64,000 bases of DNA from NCBI GenBank assembly GCA_022615575.1, contig JAKEGM010000071.1, forward strand, positions 12,164 through 76,163, given 5' to 3'. The DNA comes from Planctomycetales bacterium. GTDB taxonomy: Bacteria > Planctomycetota > Phycisphaerae > Sedimentisphaerales > Anaerohalosphaeraceae. Numbering within the stretch: the stretch's first letter is position 1; each line of letters begins with the position of its first letter. The position numbers were made by a program, and so were the translations under genes. This document shows, piece after piece, positions 46,301 to 53,959 of this stretch. Under the pieces are notes generated by a model. That model was given only the letters and a program-made list of their open reading frames with translations. It did not search any database and was not told the origin of the DNA.

Positions 46301-47633
46301 GGTCTATGCCACGCCGCGCCAGCACGATGCCATTGCCCTGGTGATTGCCCACGCCGACCGTCAACTGGATGTTACCACAACCCCCTACGTGGTCTATGCG
46401 CTGGAAAATCAGGACCCGGTGGAACTGGCCGAAGTCCTGACCAAGCTGATTCAGGAAACCGTGGAGGACGCTGCTGCGTCCAAGACCTCGACGCCGGAGT
46501 CCAAGATACAGGTACTGGTGGCTCCGACAGGCGGCGGAACCGCGGCAGGGACGCCGCCGACGCTGGAAGAACAAAAAATCAAGATTATCCCCGACGAGAT
46601 GTCCTATTCGCTCATTGTTTATGCCAACAAGCGCAACCAGCAGTGGGTCGGCGAATTGATCAAATCTCTGGACGAATACCGTCCGCAGGTTCTGCTGGAT
46701 TGCACGCTGGTGGTCATCAACCAGGACGAAACGTTCAAATACGATATGGATATCGTATCCAAAACCTATAGCGGACTGACGTTAAGGGAGAATTCGCCCA
46801 TCGAAACGATTTCCGGTGATTTTAGTGAACCGGTTTACGGGGAAGCGAGATCAACAAGCGGCAATTTCACAGGGTTCCTTAACAGCGATATGGTGCAGGC
46901 CCTGCTGGAAATGGTACAGACGAAAAATTACGGCAGGGTGATGGCCCGGCCCAAAATCCTTGTCAATGACAACCAGGAAGGCGAAATCAAAACTGAAAAT
47001 ACAACATCGATTGCGCAGCAGAAAAGCATCATTCAGCCGAGTTCTGATCAGGGACAAACGATTACGACAACAGACGTAAGTTTCGCTGAATATTCAGAAG
47101 GCGTAACCTTAAAGATTAAACCGCATATCAGCAAGGGGGATATGCTGCGTCTGGAGATTACGCTTGGCCGGTCGGACTTTAAACTGCAGCAGGATGTAAA
47201 GGTTGCCGGGGAAACCTATCCGCGTCCGCCGGATATCCTTTCTACGGATGTAACGACCGTAGCGACCGTTCCGGACGGCACGACCATTATTCTGGGCGGC
47301 CTGGAGGGCGTTGACCAGCAGAAAAACACTACGAAGGTGCCGATCCTGGGGGACATTCCGATTGTGGGCGGGTTGTTTAGGGGTGTCGATGATATCGGGG
47401 CCCAAAGCAAGCTTTATGTGTTTGTTAAGGCCCATGTGCTTCGGCCCAGCGATCAAATCGAAGGATTAGAGGACATCCGTCGCGTTTCCGAAAAGAACCG
47501 CAGGGCGTTTGAAGAAATGGAGAAGAAGTTCCAGGAACATCAGGACTGGCCGGGGATAAAGCCCAAGCCGATGGACCCGGTAAAGGTTCTGGAAGAAGAC
47601 GAAGCTGGTTTGACGCCGGTGGAAGAAAAGTGA
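43392..47633 (+). CDS. gspD: Giant secretin (GspD/PilQ family), 1413 aa from ATG 43392
   Basis: C-terminal secretin domain ...TKVPILGDIPIVGGLFRG...KLYVFVKAHVLRP. N0-like LVDLVGKQLGLNYMYDPAIIRGQKVQLK. Five N-domain-like repeats ending NTLIVTDYAYRMDRIRKVLEMID, NRILIIGKADQITLIEELVDVLD, NSLLVNGTAEQHSAIELVIAHVD, NSLLVYATPRQHDAIALVIAHAD and SLIVYANKRNQQWVGELIKSLD. Confidence 0.92.
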   Translation: MQSFKTRIAGQWKQWLIPIGLCLLAAMGIAASSDPSGVLRSRVYKLKHITSQQAQELFSQLGIGKSYNTLTGDVLIVTSDVGSDLLKATEIIPLLDQDPPARIRVLMVGTAAEPLPSPEALTARLAKTMTVGTMTDAPVSGSAKPAIVDVVDTKLIAIGAEDVLNEIETVAAEWKKENQKTALPTENAAPAEVIVEPNVPAEPNLPKPPGPEELVPQQEPNVPAEPNLPTEPRPEGPLTPPDANAPSDRLPVPQVPAEQPAQPETEEDFLSEGLMKALADAEEKTPPSPIETPKTPAQAVPVQAVPAEPVQTPAAEPTESLPAPILPVPQPGGETAAEPNEAAPAQPAPDESDEMKALQEFIEKVQREEAAMAQEQAQAEAKAAEQGDERPAQETDRVNALQAELAQLRQKLTELETQAAAPRPQAGAAGSPEAAAPTAAPAAKPQEKVQSPEAAQIPASVAEKELETVVDLPQEVELESLVDLVGKQLGLNYMYDPAIIRGQKVQLKIHGGKIKVKDTYALLESALRFKGYIMTRRDQLVTILQAGELATRAEPTLRGPDEPIQPGDIVVASMFALNYIDATSAQNMLKTMNLGASFTPLPETNTLIVTDYAYRMDRIRKVLEMIDVSSATREYKFRTLKYMKPSDIVTKLKDLVGQLQGVSLQISTSAAAGAQTQMRTVTTRNPQTGQVETKQVPISAPATAAAPGAAAPAPTADTVFIDTDDRTNRILIIGKADQITLIEELVDVLDVPQYNLKYVREYIIQNVEAVEVVNVLNELGLASVTVSMPAPTAATGRTAASGRTAQTQTQPQTPEMAMSPRTGAAGAAGTAGGDQPYVAVRPATNSLLVNGTAEQHSAIELVIAHVDVVQKDQRTIRQYEIQYVDTQEIINTMTDLGMIAPQTTTGTTGMDGRGTRGTTSARSTAVAQAMPVAEGVAPPMVLPTAEGGSGVELTAEYPQIAVLETTNSLLVYATPRQHDAIALVIAHADRQLDVTTTPYVVYALENQDPVELAEVLTKLIQETVEDAAASKTSTPESKIQVLVAPTGGGTAAGTPPTLEEQKIKIIPDEMSYSLIVYANKRNQQWVGELIKSLDEYRPQVLLDCTLVVINQDETFKYDMDIVSKTYSGLTLRENSPIETISGDFSEPVYGEARSTSGNFTGFLNSDMVQALLEMVQTKNYGRVMARPKILVNDNQEGEIKTENTTSIAQQKSIIQPSSDQGQTITTTDVSFAEYSEGVTLKIKPHISKGDMLRLEITLGRSDFKLQQDVKVAGETYPRPPDILSTDVTTVATVPDGTTIILGGLEGVDQQKNTTKVPILGDIPIVGGLFRGVDDIGAQSKLYVFVKAHVLRPSDQIEGLEDIRRVSEKNRRAFEEMEKKFQEHQDWPGIKPKPMDPVKVLEEDEAGLTPVEEK

Positions 47634-47654
47634 TAGGGCCAAGGGCGAAAGGAA

Positions 47655-47669
47655 TGAGCCTTCGGCTCA
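47655..47669 (+). other. UUCG-tetraloop hairpin between gspD and gspE
   Basis: tgagcc-ttcg-ggctca. No U-run follows. Confidence 0.4.
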
Positions 47670-47711
47670 GATAACGATGATGGGCTGAAGCTCATCTGGT
47701 GTTGCGATATT

Positions 47712-49409
47712 ATGAAAGAATTATTAATCCAAGCAGCCGAGCGGAGCGGGATTGTCAATGCCCAACTGCTTCGGGATTTTTTTGCCGAACACGCTGGCGA
47801 TACCCAGCGCATCGACCAGCTTTTGCTGACAGCGCCGACGTTTACGGAAGACGTGGTGCTGCGGCTGTTTGGCGAGGCGCTGGGAATCCCCTTTTTTGAG
47901 GAGATCAGCAGCAAGGATGTGCCGAAAGAGTTTATCGAGCATATCCCAGCGCCGTATGCCCAGCATCATTATGTCATCGGCATTCAGCCCCAGGGCAGCG
48001 GCGCCATTACCGTCATCGCGGCCAACCCGCTCAACGCGACAGCGGTCGATAATGTCTCCAAAATGCTTCGCCGGCCGGTCGAAATGGGTCTCGCTACCCG
48101 CGCGGCGATTACCTCGGTGATTGACGTGGCCTACGAGCAGAAGAACACGGTTATCGAGGAGGTCGCCGAGGAACTGGACGGTCAGAATCTGGACCAATTG
48201 GCCGACGAGGTCGGCAGCTCCGAAGACCTGCTGGACGTGGTCAACCGTCCGCCGGTCATCCGGCTGGTCAACGACATCCTGTTCCGCGCCCTGCAGATGC
48301 GGGCCAGCGATATTCACATTCACCCGTTCGAGACCAAGATCGTCGTGCGCTACCGCATCGACGGCATCCTGTACGACACGCTGACGCTGAACCGCAACGT
48401 GCTGCCGCTGGTGATTTCGCGCATCAAGGTGATGGCGGGGATGGATATCGCCGAACGCCGCATGCCGCAGGACGGGCGCTGCAGCGTCCGCATCGGCCAG
48501 CGTGAAATCGACCTGCGCGTCAGCACCGTGCCGACCAGCTACGGCGAACGGGCGGTGCTGCGGCTGCTGGATAAAAGCAGCGGCATCCTGACGCTGGAGC
48601 AGTTGGGATTTTGGCAGGAGGATAAAGAGGTCTTTGACCGAATGATTAACCGCACGCACGGCGTGATTTTTGTGACCGGCCCGACCGGCAGCGGCAAGAG
48701 CACCACGCTGTACGCCTGCCTCAACCGCCTGGATTCGACGGTCAAGAACATCATGACGGTTGAAGACCCCATTGAGTATCAGCTCGAGGGCATCAGCCAG
48801 ATGCAGGTGGCGCCCAAGAAGGGGATGAACTTTGTCAACGCCCTGCGGCATATCCTGCGTCAGGACCCGGATGTCATCATGGTCGGCGAGGTGCGCGACC
48901 AGGAAACCGCCGCGATGGCGATTCAGTCGTCGCTGACGGGGCACCTGGTGTTCAGCACGCTGCATACCAACGACGCCGCCGGGGCCATCAGCCGCCTGCT
49001 GGATTTCGGGGTCGAGCCGTACCTGGTCAGCTCATCCATGGTGTGCGTGCTGGCCCAGCGCCTGGTGCGGCGGATTTGCCCGGACTGCAAACAGGCCTAT
49101 GACCCCCCGGATCACGAACTGCGCGACCTGGGCATCATGGAAAGGAAAAAGACGCCGTTTTACATGGGAACCGGCTGTACCAAGTGTTTTGATACGGGCT
49201 ACCGGGGGCGAACGGGCATCTATGAGCTGATGACCATCAACGACGACATCCGCGAGATGATTTACAGCCGCCAGACCGCCGGCGCCATCAAGCGCAAGGC
49301 GCTGGAGTACGGCATGCAGACGCTGCGGATGGACGGCGCCCGCAAGGTCCAGACCGGAACGACGACGCTGGCGGAGGTGCTGCGGGTGACGCAGTCGGAT
49401 AACGTCTAA
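47712..49409 (+). CDS. gspE: Type II secretion ATPase GspE
   Basis: Walker A GPTGSGKSTT. Asp/His boxes ...IMVGEVRD..., ...TGHLVFSTLHTND.... Tetracysteine CPDCKQ...CTKCFDTGY. T2SSE_N-like N-terminus. Confidence 0.95.
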   Translation: MKELLIQAAERSGIVNAQLLRDFFAEHAGDTQRIDQLLLTAPTFTEDVVLRLFGEALGIPFFEEISSKDVPKEFIEHIPAPYAQHHYVIGIQPQGSGAITVIAANPLNATAVDNVSKMLRRPVEMGLATRAAITSVIDVAYEQKNTVIEEVAEELDGQNLDQLADEVGSSEDLLDVVNRPPVIRLVNDILFRALQMRASDIHIHPFETKIVVRYRIDGILYDTLTLNRNVLPLVISRIKVMAGMDIAERRMPQDGRCSVRIGQREIDLRVSTVPTSYGERAVLRLLDKSSGILTLEQLGFWQEDKEVFDRMINRTHGVIFVTGPTGSGKSTTLYACLNRLDSTVKNIMTVEDPIEYQLEGISQMQVAPKKGMNFVNALRHILRQDPDVIMVGEVRDQETAAMAIQSSLTGHLVFSTLHTNDAAGAISRLLDFGVEPYLVSSSMVCVLAQRLVRRICPDCKQAYDPPDHELRDLGIMERKKTPFYMGTGCTKCFDTGYRGRTGIYELMTINDDIREMIYSRQTAGAIKRKALEYGMQTLRMDGARKVQTGTTTLAEVLRVTQSDNV

Positions 49410-49411
49410 GG

Positions 49412-49849
49412 ATTGTATATTGTATATTGTAAATTGTATATTGTATATTGGTGAAGAAGTATTGTCCTGTGAATAAGGAAGAATTGAAACAACGGACTAA
49501 ACGCTTTGCTCATCGATGCGTGAAATTATGTATGGCGCTGCCGAACACAATCCTTGGACGGCATATATCGGGACAACTTGTCCGCAGCTCGACGGCTGTC
49601 GCTGCAAATTACAGAGCTGTTTGTATGGCCCAATCAAGAGCCACTTTTATTTCAAAACTTGCAATTGTCATAGAAGAAGTTGATGAATCGTATTTTTGGA
49701 TTGAATTTGCGTCGGATGAAAAATTAGTCAAGCCAAAACAAATTGCTGGCTTGCTGGAGGAAGCTCAAGCGTTAACGGCTATTTTTGTGGCTTCTCAGAA
49801 TACAGCCAGACGTAACAAGAAGTAATATACAATTTACAATATACAATTT
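49412..49849. mobile_element. IR-bracketed four-helix-bundle gene cassette (IVS-like element) inserted between gspE and gspF
   Basis: The left arm is 5.5 tandem ATTGTAT/ATTGTAA heptamers (49412..49449). attgtatattgtaaattgtata (49419..49440) is the perfect reverse complement of 49826..49847. Confidence 0.5.
49448..49825 (+). CDS. Four-helix-bundle protein (23S rRNA intervening-sequence protein / Avd family)
   Basis: ...KQRTKRFAHRCVKLCMALPNTILGRHISGQLVRSSTAVAANYRAVCMAQSRATFISKLAIVIEEVDESYFWIEF... follows the family pattern (F..R...L...LP......QL.RS.TS...NY.EA....S..DF..K......E..E...WL). The true start may be GTG 49469. Confidence 0.85.
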   Translation: MVKKYCPVNKEELKQRTKRFAHRCVKLCMALPNTILGRHISGQLVRSSTAVAANYRAVCMAQSRATFISKLAIVIEEVDESYFWIEFASDEKLVKPKQIAGLLEEAQALTAIFVASQNTARRNKK

Positions 49850-49861
49850 ATTCATTCGTTT

Positions 49862-51076
49862 ATGCCGAGATTTGAATACATTGCGATTAACGCCGCCAAG
49901 AAGGCGGAAAAAGGCACGGTAACGGCCGAAAGCGCATTGGCCGCCCGCAAGCATCTGCGCAGCCGGGGTCTGCATCCGACGGACATTACGCAGATTCGGA
50001 TGGAAACGGCCCAAAAAACCTTTAAGGACTTTTTTGCGCGCAGCGGCAAGAAAGAAGTGGCCGGCTTTACCAAGGAGCTTTCCACCATGCTCAACGCCGG
50101 CATCAAGCTGACCGACGCACTGAGCGTGCTGACGCTGCAGGTGACCAACCCCCACCTGCGGGCGACGGTGACGGAAATCCGCGACCGCGTTGTGACGGGC
50201 GAATCCTTCGCCGATTCGCTGGCCGAGTACGAGCAGTTTTTCGACGTGATTTATGTCAGCATGATGCGCGTCGGCGAGGCCACGGGCACGCTGGGCGACA
50301 GTTTGGCGACCATCGCGGCGTTTATGGACAAGCGCCAGCGGCTCGAAGCGAAAATGACAACGGTGATGATGTATCCAGCCATCCTGTTTCTGTTTTGTAT
50401 TATCGTGGTGCTGGTGATTACGATTGTGGTGATTCCCAAAATCACCGAGCAGCTGGTCAAAACCGGCCAGCAGCTTCCGTGGATTACCAAGGCGATTATG
50501 AAGTTTTCCGCCCTGCTGACGAGCTGGTGGCTGCTGGTGATTATCGCGGCCATTGTCGGGCTTGTCCTGCTGTATAAGCGGCTGATGAAAACCGACAAAG
50601 GGGCTGCCATGCGCGACACGCTGCTGCTGAAACTGCCCGGCATGGGCAAGCTGCTCAAGCAGGAAATCGTGGCGCGGTTCACCTCGACGCTGGCCACGCT
50701 GCTGGGGTCGGGGCTGTCGATGGCCGAATCGCTGCGGGTGGTCAGTCAGGTCACCGGCAACATCATTATGATCAATGCCATCCGGCAGGCCCGCGAGCGC
50801 ATCCTGTCGGGGGCGGATATTTCCACGCCGCTGCGGGACAGCGGCGTGATTGACCCGGCGATTGCCCACATGGTGACCATCGGCGAAAAAAGCGGCGAAC
50901 TCGAACAGATGCTGCGGATGATCAGCGACAACCTTGAGGCGGATTCGGACCTGCGGATCGAGCGGTTCAGCCGGATTATTGAGCCGGTGATTATCGTCTT
51001 TATGGCCGGCATTATCGGCGTTATCGCATACGCGACGCTGCTGCCCCTGTTTAAGTATTCGGTTACGCAGTTTTGA
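49862..51076 (+). CDS. gspF: Type II secretion platform protein GspF
   Basis: 404 aa with duplicated T2SSF domains (...FTKELSTMLNAGIKLTDAL... and ...FTSTLATLLGSGLSMAESL...) and 3 TM segments. Confidence 0.95.
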   Translation: MPRFEYIAINAAKKAEKGTVTAESALAARKHLRSRGLHPTDITQIRMETAQKTFKDFFARSGKKEVAGFTKELSTMLNAGIKLTDALSVLTLQVTNPHLRATVTEIRDRVVTGESFADSLAEYEQFFDVIYVSMMRVGEATGTLGDSLATIAAFMDKRQRLEAKMTTVMMYPAILFLFCIIVVLVITIVVIPKITEQLVKTGQQLPWITKAIMKFSALLTSWWLLVIIAAIVGLVLLYKRLMKTDKGAAMRDTLLLKLPGMGKLLKQEIVARFTSTLATLLGSGLSMAESLRVVSQVTGNIIMINAIRQARERILSGADISTPLRDSGVIDPAIAHMVTIGEKSGELEQMLRMISDNLEADSDLRIERFSRIIEPVIIVFMAGIIGVIAYATLLPLFKYSVTQF

Positions 51077-51088
51077 CGATTGAGAAGC

Positions 51089-51108
51089 GGATATTGAAAA
51101 CAATATCC
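51089..51108 (+). other. Small perfect hairpin between gspF and gspG
   Basis: ggatattg-aaaa-caatatcc, followed by AT-rich word-like sequence (atatcaaatattcaatatacaatttt). Confidence 0.5.
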
Positions 51109-51150
51109 CATATCAAATATTCAATATACAATTTTATTGAGAGGTTGATT

Positions 51151-51585
51151 ATGAAACAAAAAAGAAAGAGCAACGGTTTTACCCTGGTGGAACTGATGGC
51201 GGTACTGCTGATTATCGCGCTGCTGGCGGGGCTGGCGGCCACCAATTTCATGGGCCAGACGGACAAGGCCAAGCAGATTACCACCAAGGCCGACCTGAAA
51301 ACGCTGCACAATGCCGTCAATATGTTCAAACTGGATACCGGCCGGTATCCCAGCGAAGATGTCGGGCTGATTGAGCTGATCGAGCAGCCCACCGATGTCG
51401 AGGGCTGGAATATGGAGGGGTATCTGGGGACGACGTCGCTGCCCAAAGACGCCTGGAAAAGCGAATTTATGTTCATGCTCAATCCCGAAAGCGGCAAGCC
51501 CTTTGTGATTATCAGCTACGGGGCCGACGGCAAGGAGGGGGGCGAAGGTTATGACATGGACCTGTACAGCACCGATACCGAATAA
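51151..51585 (+). CDS. gspG: Major pseudopilin GspG
   Basis: ORF trimmed to ATG 51151 after GAGAGG. MKQKRKSNG|FTLVELMAVLLIIALLAGLA... C-terminal ISYGADGKEGGEGYDMDLYS (GspG Ca-binding-loop type). Confidence 0.9.
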   Translation: MKQKRKSNGFTLVELMAVLLIIALLAGLAATNFMGQTDKAKQITTKADLKTLHNAVNMFKLDTGRYPSEDVGLIELIEQPTDVEGWNMEGYLGTTSLPKDAWKSEFMFMLNPESGKPFVIISYGADGKEGGEGYDMDLYSTDTE

Positions 51586-51601
51586 TTTTCAATCTTCTGA
51601 G

Positions 51602-51629
51602 GTGCAATTTTCAAATTTGAAAATTGCAC
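51602..51629 (+). repeat. Perfect 28-nt palindrome downstream of gspG
   Basis: gtgcaattttcaaa/tttgaaaattgcac. It is flanked by outer complementary ttttcaat (51586..51593) and attgaaaa (51637..51644), and by tandem tgaaaattg words. Confidence 0.85.
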
Positions 51630-51656
51630 TTTGAAAATTGAAAATGAGGATGTTCA

Positions 51657-52214
51657 TTGGTGGCAACAAAAGCGCACAAAGCATTTGTTCTGGTTGAGAT
51701 GCTGATGGTGATAGGGCTGATTGCCCTGATGGCGGGCGCGGCGATGATCAGCTTCGGGGCGATGTGGGGCAACCTGCGGTTCAAGCGTCAGGCCGAGCAG
51801 CTGGTGGCGGCGCTTCAGATGGCCCAGAACGCCGCCGCCGAAAGCGACCGCCGCTACGCCGTGGTGCTCGATTTTTCCGAGCAGGCGTATGTTTTGAGGG
51901 AGTTTGAAACACTGGATTTGCAGATGCCGGACCCCCAGGAAGCGATTATCCAGACAGTGCATTTTACCGGCGCCCTGACGCTGGATTATGTGCTGTACGA
52001 CGACCTGGAAGATACGCGGGATGCGGAAAATGTCACCGAGGCCCGCTTTTTAGCCGGCAAGTCCGGCTGGCAGTACGGCGGCAAGATTGCCCTGCTCGAC
52101 GAGGACGGGCGGCCGTGGACGATTGTCGTGCACCGGTTCGCCAAGCCGGTCGAGCTGTTCGAAGGCGATGTGGAGATTTTCCTGCCGCAATACCGTGAAA
52201 ACGTGCCGTTTTAA
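51657..52214 (+). CDS. Minor pseudopilin, GspH-like
   Basis: TTG/GTG start after GAGGA. Prepilin-like N-terminus HKA|FVLVEMLMVIGLIALMAGAAM (Ala at -1). Size and position fit GspH. Confidence 0.6.
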   Translation: MVATKAHKAFVLVEMLMVIGLIALMAGAAMISFGAMWGNLRFKRQAEQLVAALQMAQNAAAESDRRYAVVLDFSEQAYVLREFETLDLQMPDPQEAIIQTVHFTGALTLDYVLYDDLEDTRDAENVTEARFLAGKSGWQYGGKIALLDEDGRPWTIVVHRFAKPVELFEGDVEIFLPQYRENVPF

Positions 52215-52241
52215 TGCAAAATGTGAAATATTAAATGTCCA

Positions 52242-53168
52242 ATGTTCAGGCGTGCGTTAAAACCTGTTCGCCGGCAAACCGGCGGTTTTACCCTTGTCGA
52301 AGTGGTCGCAGCGATGATGCTGCTGGCCATTCTGCTGTCGTCGGTGCTGGTGCTGATGAACCGCTATACTGGGGCGGTCATCGATATGCATCTGCGCCAG
52401 CAGGCGTTTGAACTGGCGCGGGCCAATATGGAGCAATTGCTGTCCGAGCCGAAACTGTCGGATGTCAGCGAATACGGGACCAGCGATGCCAATCCGGATC
52501 TGGAGTGGGAAACGCTGGTGGAGCCGTTTTACGAGCCGGTGACGGAGCGCATGTGGATTCGGGCGGTCTGCTCGGCAAGTTTTCTCGACAGCAAAGGCGA
52601 GCCGCAGGACGTTGAACTGGAACACTGGATTACCAATCTGACCGCCGCTCAGGTCAAGCAGATTCTGGCCCAGCGGAAGGTTGAAGACGCCTATATGGAA
52701 CTCCTGCAGGACAACCAGGCCTCCGAGGTTCAGGAAACGACCCGCGCCTACCTTCAGCAGGAGGGTCTGGATGTAGAGGCGTACGACAAATTGCTGACCC
52801 AGCAGCGGCGGAAAAAACTCGAATACATCGCCCAGAACGGCTTTGACGGCTATGAGCAGTATCTGACGCAGCTTGAGGAGGAGGAAAACCTCTTGCTCGA
52901 AAAGCTCGGGATGAATTTTGACGGCTATAACGAGTTTGCCCGGACGTATGTGCCCGCAGGCGGCAGCGGCGAATCAACCGTGCCGGACGGGGACGACACT
53001 CTGTCCGGCGCCGACGAGGGGGGCGGAGACCTGACGGATACCCCGGCGCCCCCGGCGGATGCACCGTCCGATCAGCCGGCATCGGATATTGCCGATTTTG
53101 ACTGGAGCAATGTGCCGCCGGAACTGGTGCCGGTAATCGAACAATTGCTGGGAACCAAAAAGAAATGA
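52242..53168 (+). CDS. Minor pseudopilin (GspI-like N-domain) with long coiled-coil/acidic C-terminal extension
   Basis: RRQTGG|FTLVEVVAAMMLLAILLSSVLVL. 308 aa, versus about 120 aa for a typical GspI. The tail is rich in D/E/P. Confidence 0.5.
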   Translation: MFRRALKPVRRQTGGFTLVEVVAAMMLLAILLSSVLVLMNRYTGAVIDMHLRQQAFELARANMEQLLSEPKLSDVSEYGTSDANPDLEWETLVEPFYEPVTERMWIRAVCSASFLDSKGEPQDVELEHWITNLTAAQVKQILAQRKVEDAYMELLQDNQASEVQETTRAYLQQEGLDVEAYDKLLTQQRRKKLEYIAQNGFDGYEQYLTQLEEEENLLLEKLGMNFDGYNEFARTYVPAGGSGESTVPDGDDTLSGADEGGGDLTDTPAPPADAPSDQPASDIADFDWSNVPPELVPVIEQLLGTKKK

Positions 53169-53959
53169 CGCACAGCCGACATAAAAACGCGTTCACGCTG
53201 GTCGAGACCCTGGTTGTCCTGATGCTGGCGGCCCTGATTTTGACCTCCGTTTTGGGCATTTATCAGCAGGTGCGCGGCGCCGCCGTCACCATCCTGGAGC
53301 GGATGGAGGAAGACCGTCTCCAGACGGAGATTTTGCAGAAGATTGCCGAAGACATTGACCGGCTGGCGGCGCCGGGGTTTGACGCCGTCATCACGTTCGG
53401 CACCAAGCTGGACAACGGCTATCGTTCGGCCCAGCTGACCCTCGAAAACAGCTACTACGGCAATAACGACAAAAAAGAGACCTACGAACGGATTGTCTGG
53501 CAGACATCGTATGACCCGATAGGGAAAACCCTGATTTTGTACCGGATGCACGATGGGCTGAATGTGGAGGACAAGGTGCTCGAAACCGACGCCGAATCGT
53601 CCGCCAGTGCGGGGCTGTATATTCCGGTATCCGACGGCGTAACATTTTTTGACATACAGGCCCTGGAGGGCGAGAATACCGCCGACCGGTGGCAGTCCGA
53701 GACGCTGCCCAAGGCGGTGCGGGTGGGGATTTCCTTTGCCTTGCCGCGGGAACTTCCGGACGGCAGCATCGGCGTGCCCGAAGAGGAGCTCTTTTACCGG
53801 ACGATAGCGATTGACCGGACGCGGGCGATTCCCTATGAGTTTATCAAAAAGAAGTTCGACCTGCCCGAAGAGCAGGACCCCAATGATCTTTTGAACGAAA
53901 ACGACCCCAATGCCCCCGCGGATGCGGCGGATAAGGAGTCGAACGGCAAAAACGGATGA
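53165..53959 (+). CDS. Minor pseudopilin, GspJ-like
   Basis: HKNA|FTLVETLVVLMLAALILTSVLGIY. ATGA overlap with the upstream gene. Confidence 0.55.
   Translation: MTHSRHKNAFTLVETLVVLMLAALILTSVLGIYQQVRGAAVTILERMEEDRLQTEILQKIAEDIDRLAAPGFDAVITFGTKLDNGYRSAQLTLENSYYGNNDKKETYERIVWQTSYDPIGKTLILYRMHDGLNVEDKVLETDAESSASAGLYIPVSDGVTFFDIQALEGENTADRWQSETLPKAVRVGISFALPRELPDGSIGVPEEELFYRTIAIDRTRAIPYEFIKKKFDLPEEQDPNDLLNENDPNAPADAADKESNGKNG

Noticed and set aside
45327-46574. 415-aa minus-strand ORF inside the secretin gene (also 43807..44427 and 44349..44921)
   Set aside because: These are antisense shadows of the low-complexity Pro/Ala-rich secretin regions. They are extremely Arg/Gly-rich and have no start context.
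47724-48965. 413-aa minus-strand ORF
   Set aside because: It is antisense to gspE, which has Walker A, His box and tetracysteine motifs on the + strand.
49412-49449. Heptamer array ATTGTAT x5.5 as a possible CRISPR or microsatellite
   Set aside because: The units are contiguous with no spacers and only 7 nt long. The array is one arm of an inverted repeat, so it is not a CRISPR array.
49448-49825. Four-helix-bundle gene as the Avd component of a diversity-generating retroelement
   Set aside because: No reverse transcriptase and no template/variable repeat pair occur anywhere in the 64-kb window. A standalone IVS-type 4HB is the better reading.
49772-51103. 443-aa minus-strand ORF
   Set aside because: It is antisense to gspF.
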